A DNA stretch of 64,000 bases. Origin: an uncultured Planctomycetia bacterium. GTDB taxonomy: Bacteria > Omnitrophota > Gorgyraeia > 2-02-FULL-51-18. The translations under genes and the position numbers were made by a program. The notes under the pieces are model-generated. The model did no database searches, was not told where the DNA came from, and saw only the letters and a list, made by a program, of their open reading frames with translations. Position 1 is the first letter of the stretch. Each line of letters starts with the position of its first letter. The stretch covers positions 18,124 through 82,123 of the forward strand of contig CAYODQ010000001.1 of the NCBI GenBank assembly GCA_964402785.1, read 5' to 3'. This document shows, in pieces, positions 48,586-58,666 of this stretch.

Positions 48586-49232
48586 AAGGTCGAGCGAAGC
48601 AGCGCCCAAGGGTTATAGGTTGCTTTGATGCTGTCTTTGACCTTTCCTGTTTTATCGATCACCAGACCACCCTCCAAGTGCAGCATGTCTGATTCACAAT
48701 CCAGGATATTCAGCCGGGTGAATTCGCGATTTTGAACGACATTCAGCCGGATATCTTTTATTGCTATCGGCTTATGCATAAGATATCCCCATTTCTTGAG
48801 CGCGGGCTGATCTTTATAGTATTCCTTGGTGAAAAAAACATTTTTTAAGTTGATCTCCGTCTCGAAGACGGCTTGTTTTTTGAGCTCCATTTTCCTTAAT
48901 TTAAAACTACCTTTTGAGCCATAAATAAGTTCACGGCCTGCTTTGGATCGGATGCGGATCGATGCAAAATGAATCTCTGACCAATTTTTAAAGACGACGC
49001 GAGAGACGCGTACGGGGCAGTCATAGCGTTCGGACAAAATATCGGAAAAAGCCACATCCACCCAATTTCCTCGTATTTGCTGCAGCGCCACATCGGAGAG
49101 ATTTTTGGACCAGCATGGAAGGGAGGCAGCGATCCATGTGATAAAAAAAAGAAGAATCAGTTTTTCGGGTAGCGTATACAGCGCCCCCAATATCTGAAAT
49201 TCATTTCTACTAACAACGGCCTTTTTGTCCAT
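48582..49232 (-). CDS. Hypothetical protein with N-terminal TM/signal
   Basis: Only long ORF in the interval; hydrophobic LILLFFITWIAASL. Confidence 0.6.
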   Translation of the reverse strand: MDKKAVVSRNEFQILGALYTLPEKLILLFFITWIAASLPCWSKNLSDVALQQIRGNWVDVAFSDILSERYDCPVRVSRVVFKNWSEIHFASIRIRSKAGRELIYGSKGSFKLRKMELKKQAVFETEINLKNVFFTKEYYKDQPALKKWGYLMHKPIAIKDIRLNVVQNREFTRLNILDCESDMLHLEGGLVIDKTGKVKDSIKATYNPWALLRSTF

Positions 49233-49344
49233 ACTAAAAATATACATTACACTTAATAAGTATTCAATTTTAACTAAAATATATATAATATTAATTAATA
49301 ATTAGTACTTGAGGGGAAAAACGGCTGTGGTAAACTAACTAGTC

Positions 49345-49869
49345 ATGAAGAAGCAGCTATTGTGGGTTGTCCTGATCATCTTTTTTTGCCCAAATTTTTC
49401 TGGCGCATCCGAAACAGCCACGTTCACACACAAGCATTTTCTGTACACCATGGATTACCCAGCTGCTTGGCACGTGAGAGAATTGAACAAAATAGCGTCA
49501 TTTTACTCGCCTTTGGACTCCCCGCAGGATAAGTTCGCTGAAAATGTGAGCGTGGTGGTCGAAGATCTGAGCCATGTGGAAGAGGATGTGCAGCTTATCG
49601 ATTATCATCGCAAAGGGATGGCTTCTGCAAAAAATAGCCTTCGAGATTTTAGAGTGCTGGAAGAAGCCAAGACAGATTTTAAGGGGCGCGAGGCTATTGT
49701 GGTCTTATACACCATGACTGACCGGGGCGTTGCCTTCAAGATCCGTTCGCTCACTTTTTTTGTGGATAAAGAAGTGTATGTGTTGACATATAGCGCAACG
49801 CAAGCGGACTACGATAAATATTTCAAAGCAGCTGAAAATTGTATTCGATCCATACGGGTCAGCCCTTGA
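49345..49869 (+). CDS. Exported PsbP/DcrB-like protein
   Basis: Signal peptide; YP..W, FAENVSVVVE, YVLTYSA. Confidence 0.7.
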   Translation: MKKQLLWVVLIIFFCPNFSGASETATFTHKHFLYTMDYPAAWHVRELNKIASFYSPLDSPQDKFAENVSVVVEDLSHVEEDVQLIDYHRKGMASAKNSLRDFRVLEEAKTDFKGREAIVVLYTMTDRGVAFKIRSLTFFVDKEVYVLTYSATQADYDKYFKAAENCIRSIRVSP

Positions 49870-51161
49870 CTCGGTCCGAAAAAAATCTGGGAGTATTATT
49901 TGTATTTTTTACGGCCTGCTGTGTTATGGCCAGGCTCCTGTCTCAATGGAGTTACAAAACAGCCGCGATTCTTTGTTTGTTCGTTTGGATCTATTTTTTT
50001 TATGAGACCATCCTAAGAAAAAGATCGGCCATCTACGGCCCGCGAGATGAAAGGCTTTTTTTGTTGTTGCTGGTGTTGTCGGGCACATTGGTGCGTTTGA
50101 TGGTGTCGATCGAAGGATACGGCAACTACGATAGCGTTTCCTGGGAACAGGTGGGGGATATCCTAGCTCGGGGTGAGAATGTTTTTAATAACACGACCCG
50201 GTACAACACGAGCCCTGTTTGGTTCTGGATCTTGGGCACACTCAAAAAAATATCCGCCATCTTTACTTGTATTTCATATCGATCCTGGATACGCGTATTT
50301 TTAAGCGTTGTGGATCTTGTGACGTTGGGGGTGCTTTGGCGGAAGGCCGGGCATTTTTTAATGCCGCGGACCACACTGGTGGTCTTATTTTATTTGAACC
50401 CCGTTTCTATTCTTTTGTCTAGCTATCATGCGCAGTTCGAGAACCTAGCTATTCTTTTTTTGCTGATAGGAATCGCTGTTTTTTTGAGTGGCCCGACGGA
50501 TTCTCGCCGTCATCAATGGGCATCGTGGGCGTGGGTTACTCTGGGGCTGGTCACCAAGCACAACATTTGTTACGAGATCCCTATATTTCTAAGATTTGTT
50601 TATGGTAAGTTTCAGAAATGGGTCTTGTGGTTTGCGCTTTCTTGTCTAGTTTTCTTTATTTTCTTTTTGCCATACTGGAAAGAGTCGCATGAAGCGATCA
50701 TCAAAAATGTATGGCTGTATGGTTCCTACCCAATGAAATACGGTATTAGCACGTTCGGTGGTTGGCAGCACGCCAAGTATATTTTTTTGGCAGCTCTTTT
50801 TTTGTATGCTTTTATCCAAAGATCGCGCGATCTAGTGATCCGATGTTTGCAGGGAGTGTTGTTCTTTTTGACGTTTACGCCGGGTTTTGGGCATCAATAC
50901 TTGGCGCTTCCCGTGGCGCTAGGCGCTTTGAGGCCTTCACGCGCTTATTTCGCCTTTACGATGATCGCTTCGCTGGCCATCATGGGAAGCGATCGCAACA
51001 TTTACATCAAAGCACTTTCATGGATCCCTCTCAATGCGGTGTGGTTGGCGATATTCATCTGGTTCATCTTAATCCATGCCCAAGCGACCCAGGCGGCCGG
51101 ATCTCTGGGAGGAGCGGTACATGGTTCCAAAAAAGATCCCAGCTCCGATAAAATAAACTAA
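49866..51161 (+). CDS. Multi-TM membrane protein, probable GT-C glycosyltransferase
   Basis: Many TM segments; GNYD, RYNTSP, LNPVSILLSSYHAQFE. Confidence 0.6.
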   Translation: MTRSEKNLGVLFVFFTACCVMARLLSQWSYKTAAILCLFVWIYFFYETILRKRSAIYGPRDERLFLLLLVLSGTLVRLMVSIEGYGNYDSVSWEQVGDILARGENVFNNTTRYNTSPVWFWILGTLKKISAIFTCISYRSWIRVFLSVVDLVTLGVLWRKAGHFLMPRTTLVVLFYLNPVSILLSSYHAQFENLAILFLLIGIAVFLSGPTDSRRHQWASWAWVTLGLVTKHNICYEIPIFLRFVYGKFQKWVLWFALSCLVFFIFFLPYWKESHEAIIKNVWLYGSYPMKYGISTFGGWQHAKYIFLAALFLYAFIQRSRDLVIRCLQGVLFFLTFTPGFGHQYLALPVALGALRPSRAYFAFTMIASLAIMGSDRNIYIKALSWIPLNAVWLAIFIWFILIHAQATQAAGSLGGAVHGSKKDPSSDKIN

Positions 51162-51875
51162 ATTAAGCGCCAGTCCCGTCCAAAAGAATTGGGCCGGCAT
51201 TTGCTTTTCGGAGACGACAAGGCGGATCCCCTCAAAAACATAGGTGCTCGGAAGGCACCAAGAGATCGTTTGCAGCCATTTGGGCAGGATCTGAACTGGG
51301 TAATAGATAGCCGAGATGGGTTGCAGTAGATAAGGGATGCCCCACACCAACGCTTCGGCGGCGTGCCCCCATCGAATGATAAGTCCGGATGTAAATATAC
51401 CAACAGCCCAACCAAAAAGTAGTAAATTAAGTGCTAGTGGTATCAAATAAAATCCAAGACTGCTGATCAAGCTGTATTGATAGAGTCCAAAAGCGATCAA
51501 GGACAAAATAAGCACAATGACAGAAATTTTGAGAAGGCCATAAAGGCATGTGGCTAAGAGCCATTCCCATATCTTGAGGGGCGACACAAGAATATTCACG
51601 ATATTTTGCGTCCAAATATCCTCTACGATGGCGATGCTCACTGCTTGCTGGCTGCGATACAGTACATCCCAAAAGATCATAGCGCTCACGAGAGCATAGA
51701 CGATATGGGACAATGTTCCCGGTGATAGGCTCTGAATGTACAGCGATACGAATCCCCACACTAGAAGCTCCATGACGGGCCAGAACACGATCTCCAGGGC
51801 GCGGGGTAAGCTTCTCTTGTGCAGAAAAAGATAGCGCAAGATCATAGCCTGGATGCGGCCTAGACTATTCTGCAC
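51069..51875 (-). CDS. ABC-2 type transporter permease
   Basis: 6 TM; YYPVQILPKWLQ...LPSTYVFEGIR; follows the ATPase. Confidence 0.88.
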   Translation of the reverse strand: MQNSLGRIQAMILRYLFLHKRSLPRALEIVFWPVMELLVWGFVSLYIQSLSPGTLSHIVYALVSAMIFWDVLYRSQQAVSIAIVEDIWTQNIVNILVSPLKIWEWLLATCLYGLLKISVIVLILSLIAFGLYQYSLISSLGFYLIPLALNLLLFGWAVGIFTSGLIIRWGHAAEALVWGIPYLLQPISAIYYPVQILPKWLQTISWCLPSTYVFEGIRLVVSEKQMPAQFFWTGLALNLVYFIGAGIFFGTMYRSSQRSGRLGRLGMD

Positions 51876-52617
51876 GACGCCTCACTAGGTCCCCGGAGCG
51901 GACGATCTTGATGAAGACTTGATCCAATGATGAGCTGTTGAAGTGGGCGAGTATTTCTTTGGGGGAGCCTTGCGCGATCATCTTACCGTCATTGATAAAA
52001 TAGATGCGATCACAAATTTCTTCCACCTCAGGCATATTGTGAGAGGTGTAAAGTATGCCGATATTCCTTTCCCGCCGGATCTTTTTTAGTACTTGTCGAA
52101 CCGTATCAGCCATCTCGGGATCCAGACTTGCCGTGGGTTCATCCAAAAGCAAGAGTTCGGGATCATTGAGTAGGCATTTCACCAGATTGAGCCGTGTTTT
52201 TTCTCCGGCAGATAAGGCGCCGCATTTACGGTTGTAAAGTTTCGCGATATCGAATAAAGATAAAAGCTCTCTGATCTTATCGGAAACTTTTTTAACGCCA
52301 TAAAGCTTTGAAAAAATAAAAAGATTTTCTGATACGGTCAAATTTGACGGAAGCTGAACATACGCTGAACAAAAATTGATCCGCTGAGAAATGGCGTGGC
52401 GATGGTGAAGAGGATCCAGTCCCAACACGCGGGCTTTGCCGCTGGTGGGGGAAAGAAGGCCCAGAAAAATATGGATAGCCGTTGTTTTTCCAGCGCCATT
52501 AGGACCCAAGAGGCCCACGATTTCTCCTGCGCGCGCTTGAAGCGACAGATCATTCAGAGCTGTCGTATCATCATAGACTTTACAAAGCGCTTGCGCATCC
52601 AAAAGTGTATTGATCAT
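51865..52617 (-). CDS. ABC transporter ATP-binding protein
   Basis: GPNGAGKTT, LSAGE, LLDEPT, TSH. Confidence 0.92.
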   Translation of the reverse strand: MINTLLDAQALCKVYDDTTALNDLSLQARAGEIVGLLGPNGAGKTTAIHIFLGLLSPTSGKARVLGLDPLHHRHAISQRINFCSAYVQLPSNLTVSENLFIFSKLYGVKKVSDKIRELLSLFDIAKLYNRKCGALSAGEKTRLNLVKCLLNDPELLLLDEPTASLDPEMADTVRQVLKKIRRERNIGILYTSHNMPEVEEICDRIYFINDGKMIAQGSPKEILAHFNSSSLDQVFIKIVRSGDLVRRRAE

Positions 52618-52733
52618 GAAGTTATTATACGACACTTTAGAGAGATTTTTTCATTGCATCATGAGAATCCGAGGGTATAATCATCTCAAAGTCCACGTGA
52701 ACCGAAATTATTTATGGAGGAAAAAGCTGCAAT

Positions 52734-53183
52734 ATGAAGCAAGCACTCATCCGATTTAGTCTACTTCCGATCCTAACTATTTTTGTCGTCTCAGGTTGTG
52801 CTACGACGCGTCCCAAGAGAGTGGATGCACAAGATCCCAACGCACAGATCTCCGCCTTACAAAATGAATTGATGGCGAAAGATCAACAGATACAGGATCT
52901 TCAGTATCAGCTGAACAATGCACAAGCTCCCGTGCCCAGCACCAACTTCACATCCGGTTCATCCAGTGACTCCTCCGATAAATACAATCTTTTGCGCGTT
53001 TCTGGGGTGAGCGGTACGGATGTTCAAAAGGCTTTGAGACGTGCCGGATTTGACCCCGGGCCTATCGATGGGCGCCTTGGCAAAAAAACCAGATCTGCGA
53101 TCAAGGCATTTCAAAAAAGAGAAGGCCTTACCGCTGATGGGATCATCGGGGAGAAAACCTGGTCTGCCTTGCGGTCCGCTTGA
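52734..53183 (+). CDS. Lipoprotein with coiled coil and PG_binding_1 domain
   Basis: Lipobox VSGC; VQKALRRAGFDPGPIDGRLG...LTADGIIGEKTW. Confidence 0.88.
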   Translation: MKQALIRFSLLPILTIFVVSGCATTRPKRVDAQDPNAQISALQNELMAKDQQIQDLQYQLNNAQAPVPSTNFTSGSSSDSSDKYNLLRVSGVSGTDVQKALRRAGFDPGPIDGRLGKKTRSAIKAFQKREGLTADGIIGEKTWSALRSA

Positions 53184-53196
53184 TCTAAGGTCGTTT

Positions 53197-53475
53197 GTGT
53201 TTATACATCAAGTACTTTTTAAGATCAAAAAAAAAGACGTAAAGATTTACAAGGCCGATTGCAAGATCTGGCGCCAAGAAGCGAAAAAGCATGCCGGTTT
53301 TTTGGATTGCCGTACATTGACACGCACCAACGCCAAAGATCAGTACGCATCGTTTTATGTATGGAAAAACGAAGGGTATCACAAACGGTTTATGGATAAG
53401 CACCATGACAGATTGGTGGGTTTGTCTAAATGCCCTGTGGAGGTTCTCGGTTACTATAACTTCAGTGTCATCTAA
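53197..53475 (+). CDS. Small ABM/dimeric alpha-beta barrel-like protein
   Basis: GTG start; HAGFL...YVWKNE.YH.FM..HHD pattern. Confidence 0.6.
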   Translation: MFIHQVLFKIKKKDVKIYKADCKIWRQEAKKHAGFLDCRTLTRTNAKDQYASFYVWKNEGYHKRFMDKHHDRLVGLSKCPVEVLGYYNFSVI

Positions 53476-53499
53476 AGTGAGTTCAAGTGATCCCGCCTT

Positions 53500-54879
53500 A
53501 TGAATGAGCAGCCCCAATCGATAGCTCTTTTTTTTCCCGAAATAAGAGAGCTCTTAAATGAAAAAAATTTCGCTCTTCTAAAGCAAGTCCTGAAAGCTTG
53601 CAGCCCGCTTGATTTTGCGGATGTTTGGCGCAAATTCACCGAGGAAGAGCGTATTCAGATCTTCAAGCTCTTACCTTCTAATTCCGCTTTGAAATTATTT
53701 GAAATTTTAGATCTTGAGGATCAACGCTTTCTGCTGGGCAAGCTCAATGAAGAGAATGTGACGCCTATTTTGGAAAATATGGACTCCCCGGATCTGGCAA
53801 AGTTATTTCACAAGATGTCACCGCGATCCGTGAAAAAAATGACCAGTTTGATCAAGCGCCAGGAAGCTTTGGCCCATATTGATATTGTGATGAAATACCC
53901 AGAGAACACGGCGGGTAGTCTTATGCATCCTGAGTTTGTGAAGCTAACGCCGCGTATGACGGCCAAGCAGGCGCTTTTGAGGCTGCAAGCGATCACTCGT
54001 CCTGGGCAAAAAGAACATTTATACGCTCTTTATGTCACCGAGGATAGTGGAAAGGTGCTGGGAACTTTGACGCTTCAAGATCTGGTCAGCGCTCCTCCGG
54101 ATGAGCAGCTTTATGAAATGATGAATTCGGTTGAGATGATCAAGATGAAGCCCGAAACAGATCAAGAAGAAGTATCAAAGCTTTTTGCCAAATACCAGAT
54201 CAATACGGCGCCTGTCGTCGATGAATCCAATCGGTTGATAGGTGTGCTGACGGTAGGGGATATCATAAGTGTCGTTCGCCAAGAGGCTACCGAAGACATT
54301 GCCAAGATGGCCGGTACGCGTGCATCGGATATTGCTGAGCATTCCGTATTTCGTATCGTTCGCTACCGCATGCCTTGGTTGGTGATCACCTTGTTGGGTG
54401 GTCTTGTGATCTCTCAGATCATTCGTTCTTTCGAGCCCTTGATCCAACGCATTGTTGCTCTAGCTTCTTTTTCGCCTTTGATCGCCGGCATGGGCGGAAA
54501 TGTAGGCTCTCAGTCCGCCACGATCATTGTTCGTGGTTTGGCGCTTGGTCAAATATCGCCCACTCAGCAGTTTAAGGCGGTTTTTCGTGAGGCGCGCGTA
54601 GGGATGTTACTAGGACTTTTGTACGGAACATTGTTGGGATGTTTGGCATTTGTTATTTATGGTGATAAATATGGGGCAGCGTTTGCGATATGCGTATCTG
54701 TGGGCATGATGACCTCTATGACGATCGCGGCCACAATGGGTGCTATTGGACCGCTTTTATTGAATCGGTTCGGTGTGGATCCTGCGACCGCGACAGGCCC
54801 GCTTATCACGACGACAACCGACATCATCAGCAATTTCACCTATTTTATTCTAGCAACAATCCTTTTGGCCTCATTCTAA
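53500..54879 (+). CDS. mgtE: Magnesium transporter MgtE
   Basis: N-domain, CBS pair, GMGGNVGSQ, DPA..GPLITT..D. Confidence 0.95.
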   Translation: MNEQPQSIALFFPEIRELLNEKNFALLKQVLKACSPLDFADVWRKFTEEERIQIFKLLPSNSALKLFEILDLEDQRFLLGKLNEENVTPILENMDSPDLAKLFHKMSPRSVKKMTSLIKRQEALAHIDIVMKYPENTAGSLMHPEFVKLTPRMTAKQALLRLQAITRPGQKEHLYALYVTEDSGKVLGTLTLQDLVSAPPDEQLYEMMNSVEMIKMKPETDQEEVSKLFAKYQINTAPVVDESNRLIGVLTVGDIISVVRQEATEDIAKMAGTRASDIAEHSVFRIVRYRMPWLVITLLGGLVISQIIRSFEPLIQRIVALASFSPLIAGMGGNVGSQSATIIVRGLALGQISPTQQFKAVFREARVGMLLGLLYGTLLGCLAFVIYGDKYGAAFAICVSVGMMTSMTIAATMGAIGPLLLNRFGVDPATATGPLITTTTDIISNFTYFILATILLASF

Positions 54880-55347
54880 ATGCCGCATATCCATAAGTTG
54901 TATGATTTTGTGGTCTCGATCTTTATATGTCACAAGGATCGAGTACTTCTTATTTATCACAAAAAATACAATGAATGGCTGCCGATCGGTGGACACATAG
55001 ACTTGAACGAAGATCCTGAAATAGCCCTTCTTAAAGAGATCGACGAGGAAAGCGGCCTTACGGTCAAGATCCTGGCCGACAAGCCCAAGATCGCACATCC
55101 CGGCGTTAAACCCATATGGACACCGTCGTATGTGGATGTGCATCGTATAACGGATGTCCATAAACATATTGCTTTCATTTATTTTGGTATAAGCCGGTCA
55201 GACAAGGTCCGGCTGTGCGAAAGAGAACATCGGGAGTTTCGTTGGCTGACCGAAAAGGAGATCGATAGCCCCAAATACGCACTCACGCGTTCCATCCGGT
55301 TCTATTGCTGCAAAGCGCTCCAGGCAGCCGCGCGCGCCAAACGATGA
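54880..55347 (+). CDS. NUDIX hydrolase
   Basis: GGHIDLNEDPEIALLKEIDEESGL Nudix box. Confidence 0.9.
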   Translation: MPHIHKLYDFVVSIFICHKDRVLLIYHKKYNEWLPIGGHIDLNEDPEIALLKEIDEESGLTVKILADKPKIAHPGVKPIWTPSYVDVHRITDVHKHIAFIYFGISRSDKVRLCEREHREFRWLTEKEIDSPKYALTRSIRFYCCKALQAAARAKR

Positions 55348-56012
55348 GAACAAGATCTTTTTTTATATTAGCCCTGTTTCCTTTGCTTTTTTATTCTTCC
55401 TCCGCTTCCGCCGAGATCGATTTTATTAAAGTAGTTGAAATACAAGGCCGAGCGGATGTATATGACCCAAAATCATCGCAATGGATCCTTCAAACCGCCA
55501 CGCCCGTTCGTTTGAAAGCGGGTTCGCGGCTACGTACTTATCCCGACAGTTCGGCTGAGATTGTGATGAGCAATCATTGGGACAGGCTTGTTTATTTGGC
55601 GGAAAACTCCAGGATCAGCGTTTTGGACGACGGCTTGAGCCGCTTTGCGCTGGACGAGGGCCATGTGTATGTTTTATGCGAAGACGACAGTTGCTTGGCA
55701 AAGCCACTTAAATTTCTAACCAAAGACGCTCTCGTGGAGTTGAGCGTGGCGGGAGCCGGTATTCGATCCGATGCCACAGGCACTCACGTGCAGGTGTTTG
55801 CCGATTTTGTTACCGTTTTTCCCAAAAAAAGTGGAAAATATGGGCTTTCGGGTGCATCTCTACAAGAAGGATTTCAGGCGGCGTATGTGTCTGACGCTGA
55901 AACAAATACGCCGACCCGGATGACGTTTGATGACTATTGGAAATGGCAGGCATGGCTTAAGGCTCGGTATGCTAAAAAAGATAAACTCCTCTCAAAACGC
56001 GCCAACCGATAA
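55344..56012 (+). CDS. Exported FecR-like domain protein
   Basis: Signal peptide; L..GSRLRT..DSSAEI...LAENSRI. Confidence 0.6.
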   Translation: MRTRSFFILALFPLLFYSSSASAEIDFIKVVEIQGRADVYDPKSSQWILQTATPVRLKAGSRLRTYPDSSAEIVMSNHWDRLVYLAENSRISVLDDGLSRFALDEGHVYVLCEDDSCLAKPLKFLTKDALVELSVAGAGIRSDATGTHVQVFADFVTVFPKKSGKYGLSGASLQEGFQAAYVSDAETNTPTRMTFDDYWKWQAWLKARYAKKDKLLSKRANR

Positions 56013-57690
56013 CAAGACCTTTTTTTGGTTTTGCTTAGTACTGGTTTTTAGTCTGACGCTTTTCTTTTTCCGCCTGGGCGAGCGGCCTTTGCGTAATCCT
56101 GATGAGGGACGTTATGCGGCCATTGCAAAAGAAATGGTCGTGAGTGGTGATTGGGGTGTGCCGACCTTATTTGGTTTGGCTTATCTCAAAAAACCGATTT
56201 TGTTTTATTGGCTAACCGCCGGCTCTTTTCGGTTTTTGGGTTTTAGTGAGTGGGCTGCGCGTGCAGTACCGGCGCTTTTTGGTGTGCTGGGTGTACTTCT
56301 TGTCTTTTTATTCTGTCTAAAGCACTTCGGAAGAAAAACAGCGGTCACCGGCTGTCTTTTATTGGCTTCCAATTTTTGGTATTTGCAGACCGGGCGTTAT
56401 CTTGTGATCGATATGGTGTTTAGTTTTTTTCTCGTCGCTGCTGCGTTTTCGTTTTACGTGGCCCATGCTTCGACCTCTAAAGGCGCAAAGCGCGTATATT
56501 GGCTATTTTTTGCGCTTTTAGGATGCGCTGTCCTGACCAAGGGGCCTGTGGCAATCGCGGTGTCCGGTAGCTCCATTTTGGCATATTTGGTTTTGACCAG
56601 GCAATTGGGCCGCGCATTGTCGGAGATCAATTGGGTCGTCGGGTTTTTGCTATTTGGACTCATAACGCTGCCATGGTTCATGTGGATCAGCCAAAAGGAG
56701 CCGTTTTTTTTAAAACTTTTTTTTGGGCACGAGAACTGGAATCGTGTTTTTTCATCCGGTTTTGAGCATCAGGAGGGTTGGTATTATTATTTCATGCTGA
56801 TGATTCCAATGTTGATGCCGTGGATCTTGTTTGCGAGGCCTTTCAAATTTTCTTGGCAGGCCGTGGCTCGCGAAAATCGGACGGGTGGGCCACTTTTTTT
56901 TCTTACCGTGTGCGGTGTTGTGACGATCTTATTTTTTTCTTTGGCGAAAGCCAAGCTTGCAACCTACATCTTGCCTAGTGTTGTTTTTCTGTTGATCCCA
57001 CTGGCTCGTGGTTGGGAGCTTTGGCTTGAAGACATGGACGCAAAAGGATCATGGCTCGATTTTTTTCCGATCGTTCTTTTGATGTTGGCGGGGATCGGCT
57101 TGATCGTTGTGTCACCATGGTATGTGCTGGAGCGATCCGCCGGTAAATATCCCGCACAGATTGCAAGTGATTTTCAGTTTATGGGAGGGGTGTTGCTTGC
57201 GGGCGGAGTGTTTGGCATCAAATCCTTGCGGCAAAAGCGCCGAGCAAAGTTGATGTATTCGTTGATAGCTGTATGGGCACTGATCTCGATGATCTTTCCC
57301 GGCGTCATGGAAGCCATGAATCCCAATTATTCCACAAAAGCCTTTGCCAAGGAATTATCTCCCAAGATCAGGCTATCGGAGGACATATATGTGTATGATC
57401 AGCCCGGAGCGTTTTATGATTTTGGATTTTATCTGGATCATCCTGTTAAATTAGTAGGCTTGGAAGGGGAGATGGAGTTTTCCCGCATGGATAAAAAAGC
57501 ATCCAGCGTCTCCGTGACTCGTGATCGGTTCCAAGAGATGCTTGCGGGCAACGAGAAATTCTATTGTTTGATCCGGAAATCAGATTTTATTGATCTACCG
57601 CCTGACATTCAGTCCAGGTTGCGAATCTTGAGAGAAGATAAGCGTAAGGTACTGTTTCAATCGGGAGTACACGAAGGAGCGATGCAATGA
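55969..57690 (+). CDS. ArnT/PMT-family (GT39/GT83) glycosyltransferase
   Basis: PDEGRYA.IAKEM..SGDW, KPILFYW, LTKGP, KLATYILP. Confidence 0.88.
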   Translation: MLKKINSSQNAPTDNKTFFWFCLVLVFSLTLFFFRLGERPLRNPDEGRYAAIAKEMVVSGDWGVPTLFGLAYLKKPILFYWLTAGSFRFLGFSEWAARAVPALFGVLGVLLVFLFCLKHFGRKTAVTGCLLLASNFWYLQTGRYLVIDMVFSFFLVAAAFSFYVAHASTSKGAKRVYWLFFALLGCAVLTKGPVAIAVSGSSILAYLVLTRQLGRALSEINWVVGFLLFGLITLPWFMWISQKEPFFLKLFFGHENWNRVFSSGFEHQEGWYYYFMLMIPMLMPWILFARPFKFSWQAVARENRTGGPLFFLTVCGVVTILFFSLAKAKLATYILPSVVFLLIPLARGWELWLEDMDAKGSWLDFFPIVLLMLAGIGLIVVSPWYVLERSAGKYPAQIASDFQFMGGVLLAGGVFGIKSLRQKRRAKLMYSLIAVWALISMIFPGVMEAMNPNYSTKAFAKELSPKIRLSEDIYVYDQPGAFYDFGFYLDHPVKLVGLEGEMEFSRMDKKASSVSVTRDRFQEMLAGNEKFYCLIRKSDFIDLPPDIQSRLRILREDKRKVLFQSGVHEGAMQ

Positions 57691-58625
57691 TCGGCACGAT
57701 TACTTTGAACCCATCCATCGACCAACACATCCTTGTTCCTGATTTTGTCAAAGATGATGCCAATCGAGCGACCAAGATCATTGAGACGCCGGGCGGCAAG
57801 GGGATCAATGTTTCAAAGGTGATCCGTGAGTTGGGCGGACAAACGCATGCGTTTGCGCTTTTGGGTGGTTTGACGGGTCAGCGCATACGCGAATTGGTCA
57901 AGAAATTGGATTTTCCTTTGACGTCGGTCGCCATCAAGGGTAATACGAGGGTTAATACTGTTATTTCTGACCTCAAAGATAAAACCCAGTCACGCATCAG
58001 CGCGCCTGGGCCCGAGATGCAAACGCGCGATATTTTGAGATTGGAGCGTGTGTTGTGCCGGTTTCGTCCCAAGCCACGTTTTTGGGCTTTTGGAGGCAGC
58101 TTAGCACCCGGTATGCCTGTCTCAACCTATCGAGATCTGATCCGTTGTCTTCAGAAAAGAGGCGTTCCTTGCATCTTGGATGCGGATAATGAGGGTTTGA
58201 AAATCGGATTGTCGGCAAACCCCTTTATGATCAAGCCCAATGAATTTGAGCTCGAGCGGCTGGTGGGCCGCAAAATGCATTCTATGAAAGATTTTCTGTC
58301 GGCCGCCAGGCATTTGGTGGATCTATATCGCATTCACTTGGTCAGTGTGTCTCTTGGGGCAAAAGGTGCGTTATTTGTTACCTCTGAAGAGGCATTTCAC
58401 GCTTCTGCGCCCGTGGTCAAAGTACGCAGCAAAGTCGGTGCGGGAGACTCGTTGATCGGGGGGGTGCTTTGGGGGTTGGCGAAACGCAAGACACTCAAAG
58501 AAGCCGCCAAGATCGGCATTGCCGCTTCCACGTCGGCGGTCAACCGTGAAGCGCCCCGGTTGTGCCACAAGGCTGATATTTCAGGTCTAGCCCGAAGGGT
58601 TGTTATTCGCGACCTAAAGGTGTAA
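57687..58625 (+). CDS. 1-phosphofructokinase family hexose kinase (PfkB)
   Basis: TLNPSID, GGKGINVS, KPNEFE, VGAGDS. Confidence 0.92.
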   Translation: MIGTITLNPSIDQHILVPDFVKDDANRATKIIETPGGKGINVSKVIRELGGQTHAFALLGGLTGQRIRELVKKLDFPLTSVAIKGNTRVNTVISDLKDKTQSRISAPGPEMQTRDILRLERVLCRFRPKPRFWAFGGSLAPGMPVSTYRDLIRCLQKRGVPCILDADNEGLKIGLSANPFMIKPNEFELERLVGRKMHSMKDFLSAARHLVDLYRIHLVSVSLGAKGALFVTSEEAFHASAPVVKVRSKVGAGDSLIGGVLWGLAKRKTLKEAAKIGIAASTSAVNREAPRLCHKADISGLARRVVIRDLKV

Positions 58626-58666
58626 AATACGCTTTCTAAAATTTTCCCTAAGGAGGAATCTTAACC

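Noticed and set aside
49240-49312. Very AT-rich stretch as a possible origin or repeat
   Set aside because: No DnaA-box cluster or iterons seen; best explained as a divergent promoter region.
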